Assembly (NCBI GenBank): GCA_964633865.1
Contig: CAZWIJ010000004.1
Coordinates: 35,543-99,542, forward strand
DNA from: an uncultured Candidatus Saccharibacteria bacterium
Lineage (GTDB): Bacteria > Patescibacteriota > Minisyncoccia > SW-4-49-11
DNA: 64,000 nt
Direction of reading: 5' to 3'
Shown: positions 29,501 to 38,461 of the stretch, piece after piece
Position numbering within the stretch: the stretch's first letter is position 1
Layout of the letters: every line of letters begins with the position of its first letter
The notes under the pieces: model-generated
Database searches by the model: none
What the model was told of the DNA's origin: nothing
What the model saw: the letters and a program-made list of their open reading frames with translations, nothing else
Position numbers and translations under genes: made by a program

Positions 29501-31876
29501 TTATGGTGCTGGACATGTTCCCCATAATGGCTGAATAGAATTAAATGCACCAAAAGACCATGGATTTGTTATATTATTTACACACCATCCACTTAAATCT
29601 TGAGTAAAATTATCTGCACCATTAAACATCCCATCCATATTAATTACATTTGATACATTCCAATTTCCTATTGGCTGATTAAAAGAGGTTAAATCTGTAG
29701 GGTAACCGTTTACATACAAATTTTCCCAAAGATAATCAAACATCCAGCTCATATCTGTTACACTAGATGTATTCCAACCACCTATCGGCTGGTTAAATGC
29801 TAAGGCATTACTAAACATTGAGCTCATATCTGTTACATTACTTACATCCCAACTACCTATAGACTGATTAAATACCAAGGCATAAGTGAACATTCCATCC
29901 ATATTAGTAACACTTGCTGTGTTCCAATTCCCTATTGGCTGATTAAATGATATTGCGCTATCAAACATAGATCTCATATTCGTAACACTTGATGTATTCC
30001 AATTCCCTATTGGCTGATTAAAGGCTTTTGCATTACTAAACATACCACCATAAGAGAAACTACCATCACCCCCCATATTTGTTACACTTGCTGTGTTCCA
30101 ATTTCCTATTGGCTGATTAAATACTAAGGCATTACCAAACATACCACTCATATCTGTTACACTACTTACATCAAAACTTCCTATTGGTTGATTAAAGGCT
30201 GTTGCAGAATTAAACATATTTTCCATATTTGTAACACTTGATGTATTCCAATTTTCTATTGGCTGATTAAAGGCTTCAGCAGAAGCAAAGACCCTTGACA
30301 TATTAGTTACACTTGATGTATTCCAATTATTTATATTTGAATTAAATAATATTGCACTAATAAACATACCCTCCATATCTGTTACTTGACTCATTCTTGG
30401 AATATCTGTACTACTTATATATTCCATGGCACTAGCTCCTGCAAATGCATAACGAAAGCTCTTAAATTCTATTGTTCCCCATTGTTCTACTCCTTTTAAA
30501 GCTCCTTTTGATCTACTCCATGCATAGCTCGAATAATCCCAATAATCACTTGTATATGTCAATCCTGGAAAATTTCCTACTATTGAGATAAAGGTATTTG
30601 GTGGGGGAGATATATATTCTCTAGTTAAAGTCATACTATCTCCTGCATTCTTGGTTATTCTTTGTGTATTACCTGGATCTAGACTATCATCTCCCCATCT
30701 TATTATAAAATCATATTCATATTCATCGTACAATCTGATATCCAAAAATCCTCCATTATAGCCTGCTATCTCCAATCCATCCCATTTTGTAATGAAAGCT
30801 CTATGGGTTTTTGTTGTTATATTACTTGGATTACTTGTTTCTACTATCTCTATATTTATATCTGGTAATGGATCATATATATTTGTTGTGACTGTATCAT
30901 AATTTGGATTAAATCCTATATTACAAGCTTGGCTACTTGTATTTCCTAGTATCTCATAATTACATGTATAGTTCTCTGGGTTTGTTATATTAGGGCGAAT
31001 TGTTCCATCAGGATTTATTATTATCTCTTGTTGTACTACTACACCTCCTCCACCAGAACCAACTACCACTCCACTTCCAACAGGTACACCTGCTATTACA
31101 CTGACATCTCCTAATATTATCTTTGCTATTATCTCTTGCCCCACATCTCCTGCTTGTATTGGATAGGTTGTTCCTCTTCCTACTTCTATCTCTACTCCAT
31201 TGGTATCTACTCTATACCATACTATTTCCCATTCTGTCAATACAAATCCAGCTGGGGTTAAGTTTGCTGTTAATGTATCTCCTTCATTTGTTCCTCCTGA
31301 TGAATCTATAGTAACTCCTAGTGTCATTGGGTTTAATGCTACTACATTACCCAACCCTGAATTCTTTGCTACTATACTTACTTTATTATTTGTTGTATTT
31401 ATTCCTACTAAATACCCTGTTCTGTCTTGGGGTGCCGCATTTGCTGTTTTATAGAATATGTTTTCTCCTATTCCAAACTGTAACCCTGAGTCTTTTGGTA
31501 TTTCTGCTACATAGGTTGGCACTAATACTCTTAAATCTATTAGACCATCTGTTGCACAATCTACTCCTTCATTTGCTAATATTGCATTACTATCTAACTT
31601 TCCTGTATTACATACTTCTCTATATGTTCCTTCTGTGAATCCTACTTGTGTTAATGCATCTGGATATTTACCTTCTGCTATATAATATTGCTCTATTGCT
31701 TTATTTAATTGATTTATTTCACTTGCTCTTTCTGCTTGTCTTACTTTTCCTATCTGTCTTAATGGATTTATAGCGACGATTACTATTCCCGCTAATATTC
31801 CTATTGCGGCGATAACTAATAATATCTCTAATAATGTGAAGCCTTTCTTTATATCTTTTTCAATTATTTTATTCAT
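29501..31876 (-). CDS. giant type IV pilin-like protein with C-terminal DUF285-type repeats
   Basis: 791 aa. N-terminus KGFTLLEILLVIAAIGILAGIVIVAIN is a class-III (prepilin) signal with G|FTLLE. C-terminal ~350 aa consists of ~14 tandem ~25-aa units (FNQPIGNWNTSSVTNMxxMFxxAxA), the DUF285 (PF03382) signature. Confidence 0.6.
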   Translation of the reverse strand: MNKIIEKDIKKGFTLLEILLVIAAIGILAGIVIVAINPLRQIGKVRQAERASEINQLNKAIEQYYIAEGKYPDALTQVGFTEGTYREVCNTGKLDSNAILANEGVDCATDGLIDLRVLVPTYVAEIPKDSGLQFGIGENIFYKTANAAPQDRTGYLVGINTTNNKVSIVAKNSGLGNVVALNPMTLGVTIDSSGGTNEGDTLTANLTPAGFVLTEWEIVWYRVDTNGVEIEVGRGTTYPIQAGDVGQEIIAKIILGDVSVIAGVPVGSGVVVGSGGGGVVVQQEIIINPDGTIRPNITNPENYTCNYEILGNTSSQACNIGFNPNYDTVTTNIYDPLPDINIEIVETSNPSNITTKTHRAFITKWDGLEIAGYNGGFLDIRLYDEYEYDFIIRWGDDSLDPGNTQRITKNAGDSMTLTREYISPPPNTFISIVGNFPGLTYTSDYWDYSSYAWSRSKGALKGVEQWGTIEFKSFRYAFAGASAMEYISSTDIPRMSQVTDMEGMFISAILFNSNINNWNTSSVTNMSRVFASAEAFNQPIENWNTSSVTNMENMFNSATAFNQPIGSFDVSSVTDMSGMFGNALVFNQPIGNWNTASVTNMGGDGSFSYGGMFSNAKAFNQPIGNWNTSSVTNMRSMFDSAISFNQPIGNWNTASVTNMDGMFTYALVFNQSIGSWDVSNVTDMSSMFSNALAFNQPIGGWNTSSVTDMSWMFDYLWENLYVNGYPTDLTSFNQPIGNWNVSNVINMDGMFNGADNFTQDLSGWCVNNITNPWSFGAFNSIQPLWGTCPAP

Positions 31877-31970
31877 ATATTTTTACTTATTCTTATATTT
31901 CTTTCTTGTTATTATATATTAGATTTTTATATAATATCCTTGTACTTTATTATATCATATTTTTTTCACT

Positions 31971-34832
31971 TTAAAAAACTATTCCTATCAAATAACCTGC
32001 TGCCTGTCCTTTATAATTTGTAAATGATCCTCCAAGCATAATCTTATTGTTATTTTGAATAGATGAAGTTAAAACTTGATTATTAAAGCCTGTTCCTATA
32101 TTAAAGCTATTATCTCGACTCCCATCACTGTTTAATCTTATTATTCTATTTGCAGCAGCTCCCTGATAGGTTGTGAAACTTCCTCCTATTATTAGTTTAC
32201 CGTCATTCTGAGTTGATATACTATAAACAATATTATTAAATCCTGTACCTATATTAAAACTATTATCTCGACTCCCATCACTATTTAATCTTATTATTCT
32301 ATTGACACCAACCCCTTGATAATTTGTGAAATCTCCTCCTACTATTACTTTTCCATCATTTTGAATTATTATACTTCTTACATTAGAACTAATACCTGTT
32401 CCTATATTAAAACTATTATCTCTACTTCCATCACTATTTAATCTGATGATTCTATTGGCAGTTATTCCTTGATAAGTTGTAAAACTTCCTCCTATTATCA
32501 CTTTTCCATCCCCCTGAATTCCTATAGAAAGAACTCCACCATTAAACCCTGTGCCTATATTAAAACTATTATCCCGACTTCCATTAATATTTAATCTTAT
32601 TATTCTATTGGCAGCTCCTCCCTGATAAGCTGTGAATCCTCCTCCTACTATCAACTTACCATCATTTTGTATAGATATAGAATTAACACTACCATTAAAT
32701 CCTGATAACAGATTAAAACTATTATCTCGACTCCCATCACTATTTAATCTTATTATTCTATTGACACCAACCCCTTGATAATTTGTGAAATCTCCCCCCA
32801 CTATTATCTTTCCATCGTTCTGAATATTTGTTATCAAAACATTATTATTAAATCCTGTTCCCACATTAAAACTATTGTCTCTACTTCCATTAGTATTCAA
32901 TCTCATTATTCTATTTATAGATTCTCCTTGATAGGTTATAAATTCCCCTCCTATTATTGTCTTCCCATCACTCTGACCTGTTATAGTTCTAACATTACCA
33001 TTAAGTCCTGGACCTAAATTAAGACTTGAATCTGTACTTCCATTTATATCAACTCTAATCATTCTGTTAGCAGTCAATCCTTGATAGGTTATGAAAGCTC
33101 CACCTATTATGAGTTTACTATCAGTCTGAATTAGTATAGTATTAACACTACTACTAAAACCTGTTCCTATATTAAAGCTATTATCTCGACTTCCATCACT
33201 GTTTAATCTGATGATTCTGTTTGCAGAAACTCCCTGATAGGTTGTGAAAGCTCCTCCTATAATTACTTTCCCATTGGTTGCTATATTTATACTTAATATA
33301 TTATTATTAAATCCTGTCCCTATATTGAAGCTATTATCCCGACTCCCATCACTATTTAATCTTACTATTCTGTTTAGAGTTACTCCCTGATAGGTTGTGA
33401 AACTTCCTCCTACTATAACCTTCCCATCACTTTGACTTGCTATACTATAAACAATATTATTAAATCCTATCCCTATATTGAAGCTATTATCCCGACTTCC
33501 ATCACTGTTTAATCTGATGATTCTGTTTGCAGAAACTCCCTGATAGGTTGTGAAATCTCCCCCTATTATTATTCTTCCATCACTCTGAATTGTTATACTC
33601 CTAATATTAGAACTAAAACCTGTACCTACATTAAAACTATTATCCCGACTTCCATCACTGTTTAATCTGATGATTCTGTTTGCAGAAACTCCCTGATAAG
33701 TTGTAAAACTTCCTCCTATTACCACCTTACCATCACTCTGAACACTTGAAGTAAGAATAATATTATTAAATCCTGTTCCTATATTAAAACTATTATCTCG
33801 ACTCCCATCACTATTTAGTCTTATTATTCTGTTAGCTACTACTCCCTGATAGCTTGTAAAACTTCCGCTTACTATAATCTTACCATCACTCTGAATTGAA
33901 TTGCTATAAACAATATTATTAAATCCTGTTCCCACATTAAAACTATCATCCCTACTCCCATCACTATTTAATCTTATTATTCTATTTGCACTAGCTCCTC
34001 GATAAGTTGTAAAATCGCCTACTACTATCATTTTTCCGTCACTCTGAGTTGAAATTACACGAACAATATTATCAAATCCAATAGGATCACTTATATCTAC
34101 ATTAAGATCTTTGTCACCTGAAGTTAATAGTATCGCATTCCCTCCACTATCCAGTGCTAAGGTTTTTTTTCCTAAAACTATTTTTGCTATTATCTCTTTA
34201 CCCTCATCTTCTGGCTTTACAGTATAACTCAATCCTTTACCTACCTCTGTTTCTACACCACCTGATACCGTATACCATATTATATCATCTTGATTTATAT
34301 CTAATCCAAAAGTTCCTAGTATTGCATTCAAAATATTCCCCACAACATTAACTCCACTTATCTCTAATGTTATATCCATTGGATTGATTGATATTAAATC
34401 TCCTAATTGAGCCTTATCTGCCCATAAACTTATTTTATTAGTAGCAGAATTAACCCCTATTTTATATCCTCCTTCTTTTGGATCTCTTGGTATTGATCCT
34501 ACATAATCTGGAACTAATAATCTTAAATCTACTTTACCAGTACAATCTATGATTCCATTTTCTGTTGTCTCATTTTTTGTATCACAAATTTCTAAATAAT
34601 TTCCGACTGGTATTCCAGATGGATACACCCCATTACTAATATAATATTGATCTAATGCTTTATGAATTGTGTTTATCCCAGACCATCTACTAGCATTATC
34701 TGCTTTCCCTAACTGTATAAAAGAATTAATAGCTACTACTGCGATTGAAACTATTAATCCTATTATTGCTACTGACAACATTATTTCAAACAAAGTGAAA
34801 CCTTTTTTATTTATTTTTATTAATTTCTTCAT
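31971..34832 (-). CDS. giant type IV pilin-like protein with ~14 delta-60/beta-propeller-like repeats
   Basis: 953 aa. Prepilin N-terminus KGFTLFEIMLSVAIIGLIV. Shares a conserved ~200-aa N-terminal module with the 791-aa neighbour. Then ~14 tandem ~50-aa units (GTGFNNxVxSIxIQSDGKIIVGGSFTTYQGVSANRIIRLNSDGSRDNSFNI) resembling delta-60 repeat / DUF5122. Confidence 0.6.
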   Translation of the reverse strand: MKKLIKINKKGFTLFEIMLSVAIIGLIVSIAVVAINSFIQLGKADNASRWSGINTIHKALDQYYISNGVYPSGIPVGNYLEICDTKNETTENGIIDCTGKVDLRLLVPDYVGSIPRDPKEGGYKIGVNSATNKISLWADKAQLGDLISINPMDITLEISGVNVVGNILNAILGTFGLDINQDDIIWYTVSGGVETEVGKGLSYTVKPEDEGKEIIAKIVLGKKTLALDSGGNAILLTSGDKDLNVDISDPIGFDNIVRVISTQSDGKMIVVGDFTTYRGASANRIIRLNSDGSRDDSFNVGTGFNNIVYSNSIQSDGKIIVSGSFTSYQGVVANRIIRLNSDGSRDNSFNIGTGFNNIILTSSVQSDGKVVIGGSFTTYQGVSANRIIRLNSDGSRDNSFNVGTGFSSNIRSITIQSDGRIIIGGDFTTYQGVSANRIIRLNSDGSRDNSFNIGIGFNNIVYSIASQSDGKVIVGGSFTTYQGVTLNRIVRLNSDGSRDNSFNIGTGFNNNILSINIATNGKVIIGGAFTTYQGVSANRIIRLNSDGSRDNSFNIGTGFSSSVNTILIQTDSKLIIGGAFITYQGLTANRMIRVDINGSTDSSLNLGPGLNGNVRTITGQSDGKTIIGGEFITYQGESINRIMRLNTNGSRDNSFNVGTGFNNNVLITNIQNDGKIIVGGDFTNYQGVGVNRIIRLNSDGSRDNSFNLLSGFNGSVNSISIQNDGKLIVGGGFTAYQGGAANRIIRLNINGSRDNSFNIGTGFNGGVLSIGIQGDGKVIIGGSFTTYQGITANRIIRLNSDGSRDNSFNIGTGISSNVRSIIIQNDGKVIVGGDFTNYQGVGVNRIIRLNSDGSRDNSFNIGTGFNNIVYSISTQNDGKLIIGGSFTTYQGAAANRIIRLNSDGSRDNSFNIGTGFNNQVLTSSIQNNNKIMLGGSFTNYKGQAAGYLIGIVF
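32050..34130 (-). repeat. in-frame tandem ~150-nt coding repeats with near-identical copies
   Basis: Example: an 85-nt stretch (aaaactattatctcgactcccatcactatttaatcttattattctattgacaccaaccccttgataatttgtgaaatctcc) occurs near 32253 and again near 32703. ttaaatctgatgattctgtttgcagaaactccctgata recurs near 33201, 33501 and 33651. Confidence 0.7.
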
Positions 34833-34868
34833 AATTATTGATTTCTTCTTATTGATATCTACTTCTAA

Positions 34869-35693
34869 TTATATCATATTTTTACTATCTTTCACTTGTG
34901 GATTATTTTTATATTGAAGGATAAGTTTTGTATATTCAAATGTTGCTGTATAAATTCTTTTTATTCTTCTAGGTTCTATAATTAATCTCCACAGCCATTC
35001 TAATCCTATTTTTTGAATTAAGATAGGTGCTCTTAATTTTTCGCCTATAAAAAAATCTAAAGTTCCACCAAAACAAAATATAATTGTTTTAGCTTTTTTA
35101 CCAACAAGATATTTTTTTAGATTATTAGCAAAAATTTCTTGCTTGGGTGGTGATAATGCTAATATTACAATTTCAGCTTTTGATTGATATATTTTTTCAA
35201 ATAATATTTTATCATTTTCTTTTATAATATCATAATACTGTCCTACCAAATTTATATTTTTATATTCATTCTCTATTTTTATTTTACTTTTATCAGAAAC
35301 TTCTTTAGTACCACCAACAAGGTATATACTTCTACTACTAGAATCTACTATCTTTAATATATCATAAAATAAATCTGATCCACTTATTTTTTCTGGAAAA
35401 ACTTGATATAACTCAGAATTTCTAGTAAGTATATAAAATAATGATTTTACAAAAGATATATTATTATTTAGATATAATCCTGCCCAAAGTATTCCCACCC
35501 CATCAGCAATAGAAATATCAGCTTCATCTAATGCTCTTTGAAATTTTCGGTTATTCTCTGCCATTACAATAAATTCAGAATAAGGTGTCACAACATAATA
35601 TACATAATCTTCATCTAACATTGATTTTAGATTATTAATTAAAACTTCTTTAGTAAAAGTTTGTATTCCAACTTTACCTACATATCTCTTCAT
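34869..35693 (-). CDS. WecB/TagA/CpsF-family glycosyltransferase
   Basis: 274 aa with the PF03808-type layout (…DGVGILWAG…, …CFGGTLD…). 36 bp upstream of the giant pilin-like gene on the same strand. Confidence 0.6.
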   Translation of the reverse strand: MKRYVGKVGIQTFTKEVLINNLKSMLDEDYVYYVVTPYSEFIVMAENNRKFQRALDEADISIADGVGILWAGLYLNNNISFVKSLFYILTRNSELYQVFPEKISGSDLFYDILKIVDSSSRSIYLVGGTKEVSDKSKIKIENEYKNINLVGQYYDIIKENDKILFEKIYQSKAEIVILALSPPKQEIFANNLKKYLVGKKAKTIIFCFGGTLDFFIGEKLRAPILIQKIGLEWLWRLIIEPRRIKRIYTATFEYTKLILQYKNNPQVKDSKNMI

Positions 35694-35695
35694 AT

Positions 35696-36589
35696 TTATT
35701 TAAAATCACTTTTTATAGATAAAAATTCTGTTACATCTATATTGCTTAGATCTTTTTCAACCAAGGATATTTTATCTTTAAAAAATTTTTCATCAAAACT
35801 TGAAGTATTCTGATTTTGATATAAAATTCCTAATGGAAACTTCTCTCCTTCATCTATTTCTATAGATTTTATCAAGGCTTGTGTTTTATCTTGAGGATTA
35901 TAACCTATATCTTCCAAATTATAACTTTTAGTTGAATAAAAACTATAAGTATTTATGTAATTATAAGTAACACATGGCTGATAAGCATTTACAAAAGAAA
36001 AACCTTTATGTAAAATTCCTTGTTTGATCATTTGTGTCAGATGTTTAACATTACCTGCGAATCCAGAAGCTACAAATGTAGCATTAGCACTAATTGCTAA
36101 CATAGAAGGGTTAAGAGGATTCTCTACTATTTCATCTATACTCATACCTGATTTATAATCTGTATCTGAAGTAGAAGAATTTTGTCCTTTCGTAAGTCCA
36201 TATACTTGATTATTATGCAATAAAACTGTTATATCTATATTTCTTTTACAGGCATGTATAAAGTGTTGTAGACCTTCTGATAGCAATCCCCCGTCTCCAC
36301 CTATAACAATTACATTTAATTTATGATTAGCTAATTTAACTCCTTCTGCTATTGGAATAGATCTCCCATGTAGTCCATTGAAATGATTATATTCCAACCA
36401 ATAAGGCATTTTGCCAGAACAACCTACATCTCCTACTAAAACTATATCGTATTTAGGAATGTTTAATTCAGTAATTGCATTTTTAAGTGCAACCCAAATA
36501 CCAAAGTTTCCGCAACCAGGACACCAATTTGGTTTATCCTGTGTTGTATATTTAGCAATATTTTCTTCTTCTAATTTAGTATTATTCAT
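35696..36589 (-). CDS. korB: 2-oxoacid:ferredoxin oxidoreductase, beta (TPP-binding) subunit
   Basis: 297 aa. N-terminal WCPGCGNFG and GDVGCSG, GGDGG TPP-binding motifs. Confidence 0.75.
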   Translation of the reverse strand: MNNTKLEEENIAKYTTQDKPNWCPGCGNFGIWVALKNAITELNIPKYDIVLVGDVGCSGKMPYWLEYNHFNGLHGRSIPIAEGVKLANHKLNVIVIGGDGGLLSEGLQHFIHACKRNIDITVLLHNNQVYGLTKGQNSSTSDTDYKSGMSIDEIVENPLNPSMLAISANATFVASGFAGNVKHLTQMIKQGILHKGFSFVNAYQPCVTYNYINTYSFYSTKSYNLEDIGYNPQDKTQALIKSIEIDEGEKFPLGILYQNQNTSSFDEKFFKDKISLVEKDLSNIDVTEFLSIKSDFK

Positions 36590-36597
36590 ATCTTTAT

Positions 36598-38352
36598 TTA
36601 AAGTAATTTTTTGTGTATAAATCTAACAATTTCTTCTGGGTAAAATGGTTCTCCATTATATTTCAATAAATGTTCATCAGCCAAGAATCCAATTTTCTCT
36701 TTCAGTAGTCCAGCAAACTGTCCTGTAAAATTATTCTCTACGATAACAACTTTATTTAAATTTTCTAAAATAGGTAATAATTTTTTTTCATCTAATGGAT
36801 ACACATATATAAAATGTATTACATTAATTGAAATCTCTTGTTCTTCTAGAATTCTACCTGCTTCAATACATACATTTTTATTTGATCCCCAACAAATGAT
36901 AGTTATATCTGTTTTATCTTTTCCATAAATAATAGGCTTTGGTATTTCTGGTAAGACAGATTTTTCTTTTGACATCCTCTTATTCATTTGTTCTATTCTA
37001 TTTTCAGGATCTTCACAAAGTTGACTTAATTGATTATGTTCATCTGAAGTTGACGCTGTGATTAATCCTACTATTCCTGGAAAAACTCTTGGAGAGACTC
37101 CATCCTTAGCTAATTCATACCTTCTATATTCATCTGCTCCTAATTCTTTAGCAGATTTTATAATAGAACCTCTTTCTAAAAAAACTTTATCGAATTCGAA
37201 ATCTTCAAATATCATTTTTGAATTAGATAAATATTCATCTGATAAAATAATAACTGGTAACTGATATTTATCTGCCAAATTAAAAGCTTTTTGTGTATGA
37301 TAAAAAGCTTCTTCCGAATCTCCTGGTGCTATTATTATCCGTGGGAATTCACCTTGAGATGAATGTAATACAAATCTTAAATCTGATTGCTCTGTTTTAG
37401 TTGGAAGACCTGTACTAGGCCCTCCTCTCATAGCATTTAGTACAACTAAAGGGGTTTCAGACATACCAGAAAATCCTATTGTTTCAGTCATTAAAGAGAA
37501 TCCTCCTCCTGAAGTCATTGTCATTGATCTTACCCCAGAATAAGAAGCTCCAATTGTCATATTAACAGCTGAGATTTCATCTTCAGCTTGGAGACATAAA
37601 ATATTATATTGTTTAGATAATTTATTTAATGATTCAAAAGTTGGAGTTGCAGGAGTCATAGGATAAGCTGAAACAAAACTCACACCTGATCTTATAGCCC
37701 CTAATGTAATTGCATCTGATCCAGTTAATAGAACATGTTGCATCTCTTTATTTATATTAGGATTGAATATCTTAGGAGTTTTAATATAATTATTTTTAAT
37801 ATAATTATATCCATTTTCCAAAGCTTGGAGATTATTTACGAAAATTTTTTCTGATTTCTTTTTATATTTTTTTGTTAATATATTATTCATAACAGATATA
37901 TCCATTTTTAAAACTGAGATTAAAGCACCTATACCAATAGTATTTATATAAAAATTAGTTTTTTCTATTTCTTTTGATAACAGAGATAAGGGTATTCCAA
38001 TTGGGTAAAATTTTTGTTTAAAATTAGGCTTTGGTAAAAAACTTTCTTTTATTATTCCACTATCATAAATAAGAATGCTATTAATAACTAAATCTTTTTT
38101 ATGAATTTCAATAGAATCCTTATCTAAAGCTATAAGTATATTAATTTTTTTATCTGCATTTTTAATTCTTTCTTCAGACACTCTAATCATGGAAGAATTA
38201 GGACCTCCTTTTATTAAGCTAGCATAGTCTTTCCAATTAAAAGTATATAAACCTAAATTATAAAAATATTCTTCAATAATGGATCCCATACTCAAAACTC
38301 CTTGTCCAGCTTTTCCAGCTACGGTAATCTGGATTTGATTTTTTATTTGCAT
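36598..38352 (-). CDS. korA: 2-oxoacid:ferredoxin oxidoreductase, alpha subunit (fused gamma/alpha domains)
   Basis: 584 aa. POR/KOR alpha-type domains. 8 bp upstream of korB. Confidence 0.75.
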   Translation of the reverse strand: MQIKNQIQITVAGKAGQGVLSMGSIIEEYFYNLGLYTFNWKDYASLIKGGPNSSMIRVSEERIKNADKKINILIALDKDSIEIHKKDLVINSILIYDSGIIKESFLPKPNFKQKFYPIGIPLSLLSKEIEKTNFYINTIGIGALISVLKMDISVMNNILTKKYKKKSEKIFVNNLQALENGYNYIKNNYIKTPKIFNPNINKEMQHVLLTGSDAITLGAIRSGVSFVSAYPMTPATPTFESLNKLSKQYNILCLQAEDEISAVNMTIGASYSGVRSMTMTSGGGFSLMTETIGFSGMSETPLVVLNAMRGGPSTGLPTKTEQSDLRFVLHSSQGEFPRIIIAPGDSEEAFYHTQKAFNLADKYQLPVIILSDEYLSNSKMIFEDFEFDKVFLERGSIIKSAKELGADEYRRYELAKDGVSPRVFPGIVGLITASTSDEHNQLSQLCEDPENRIEQMNKRMSKEKSVLPEIPKPIIYGKDKTDITIICWGSNKNVCIEAGRILEEQEISINVIHFIYVYPLDEKKLLPILENLNKVVIVENNFTGQFAGLLKEKIGFLADEHLLKYNGEPFYPEEIVRFIHKKLL

Positions 38353-38461
38353 AAATTTTTATTGTTAATAGTTTAATATCTATATTATACTATATTTATA
38401 TTATTTTTTCTACATAAAAAAAGACAAGTTTTTACTCTTATCTTTTTTTATTAATTAATTT

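Noticed and set aside
29700-34130. Periodic nucleotide repeats resembling a CRISPR array
   Set aside because: Repeat units are ~75-150 nt, in frame, and translate into DUF285 / beta-propeller protein repeats inside long ORFs. There are no short direct repeats with unique spacers and no cas genes.
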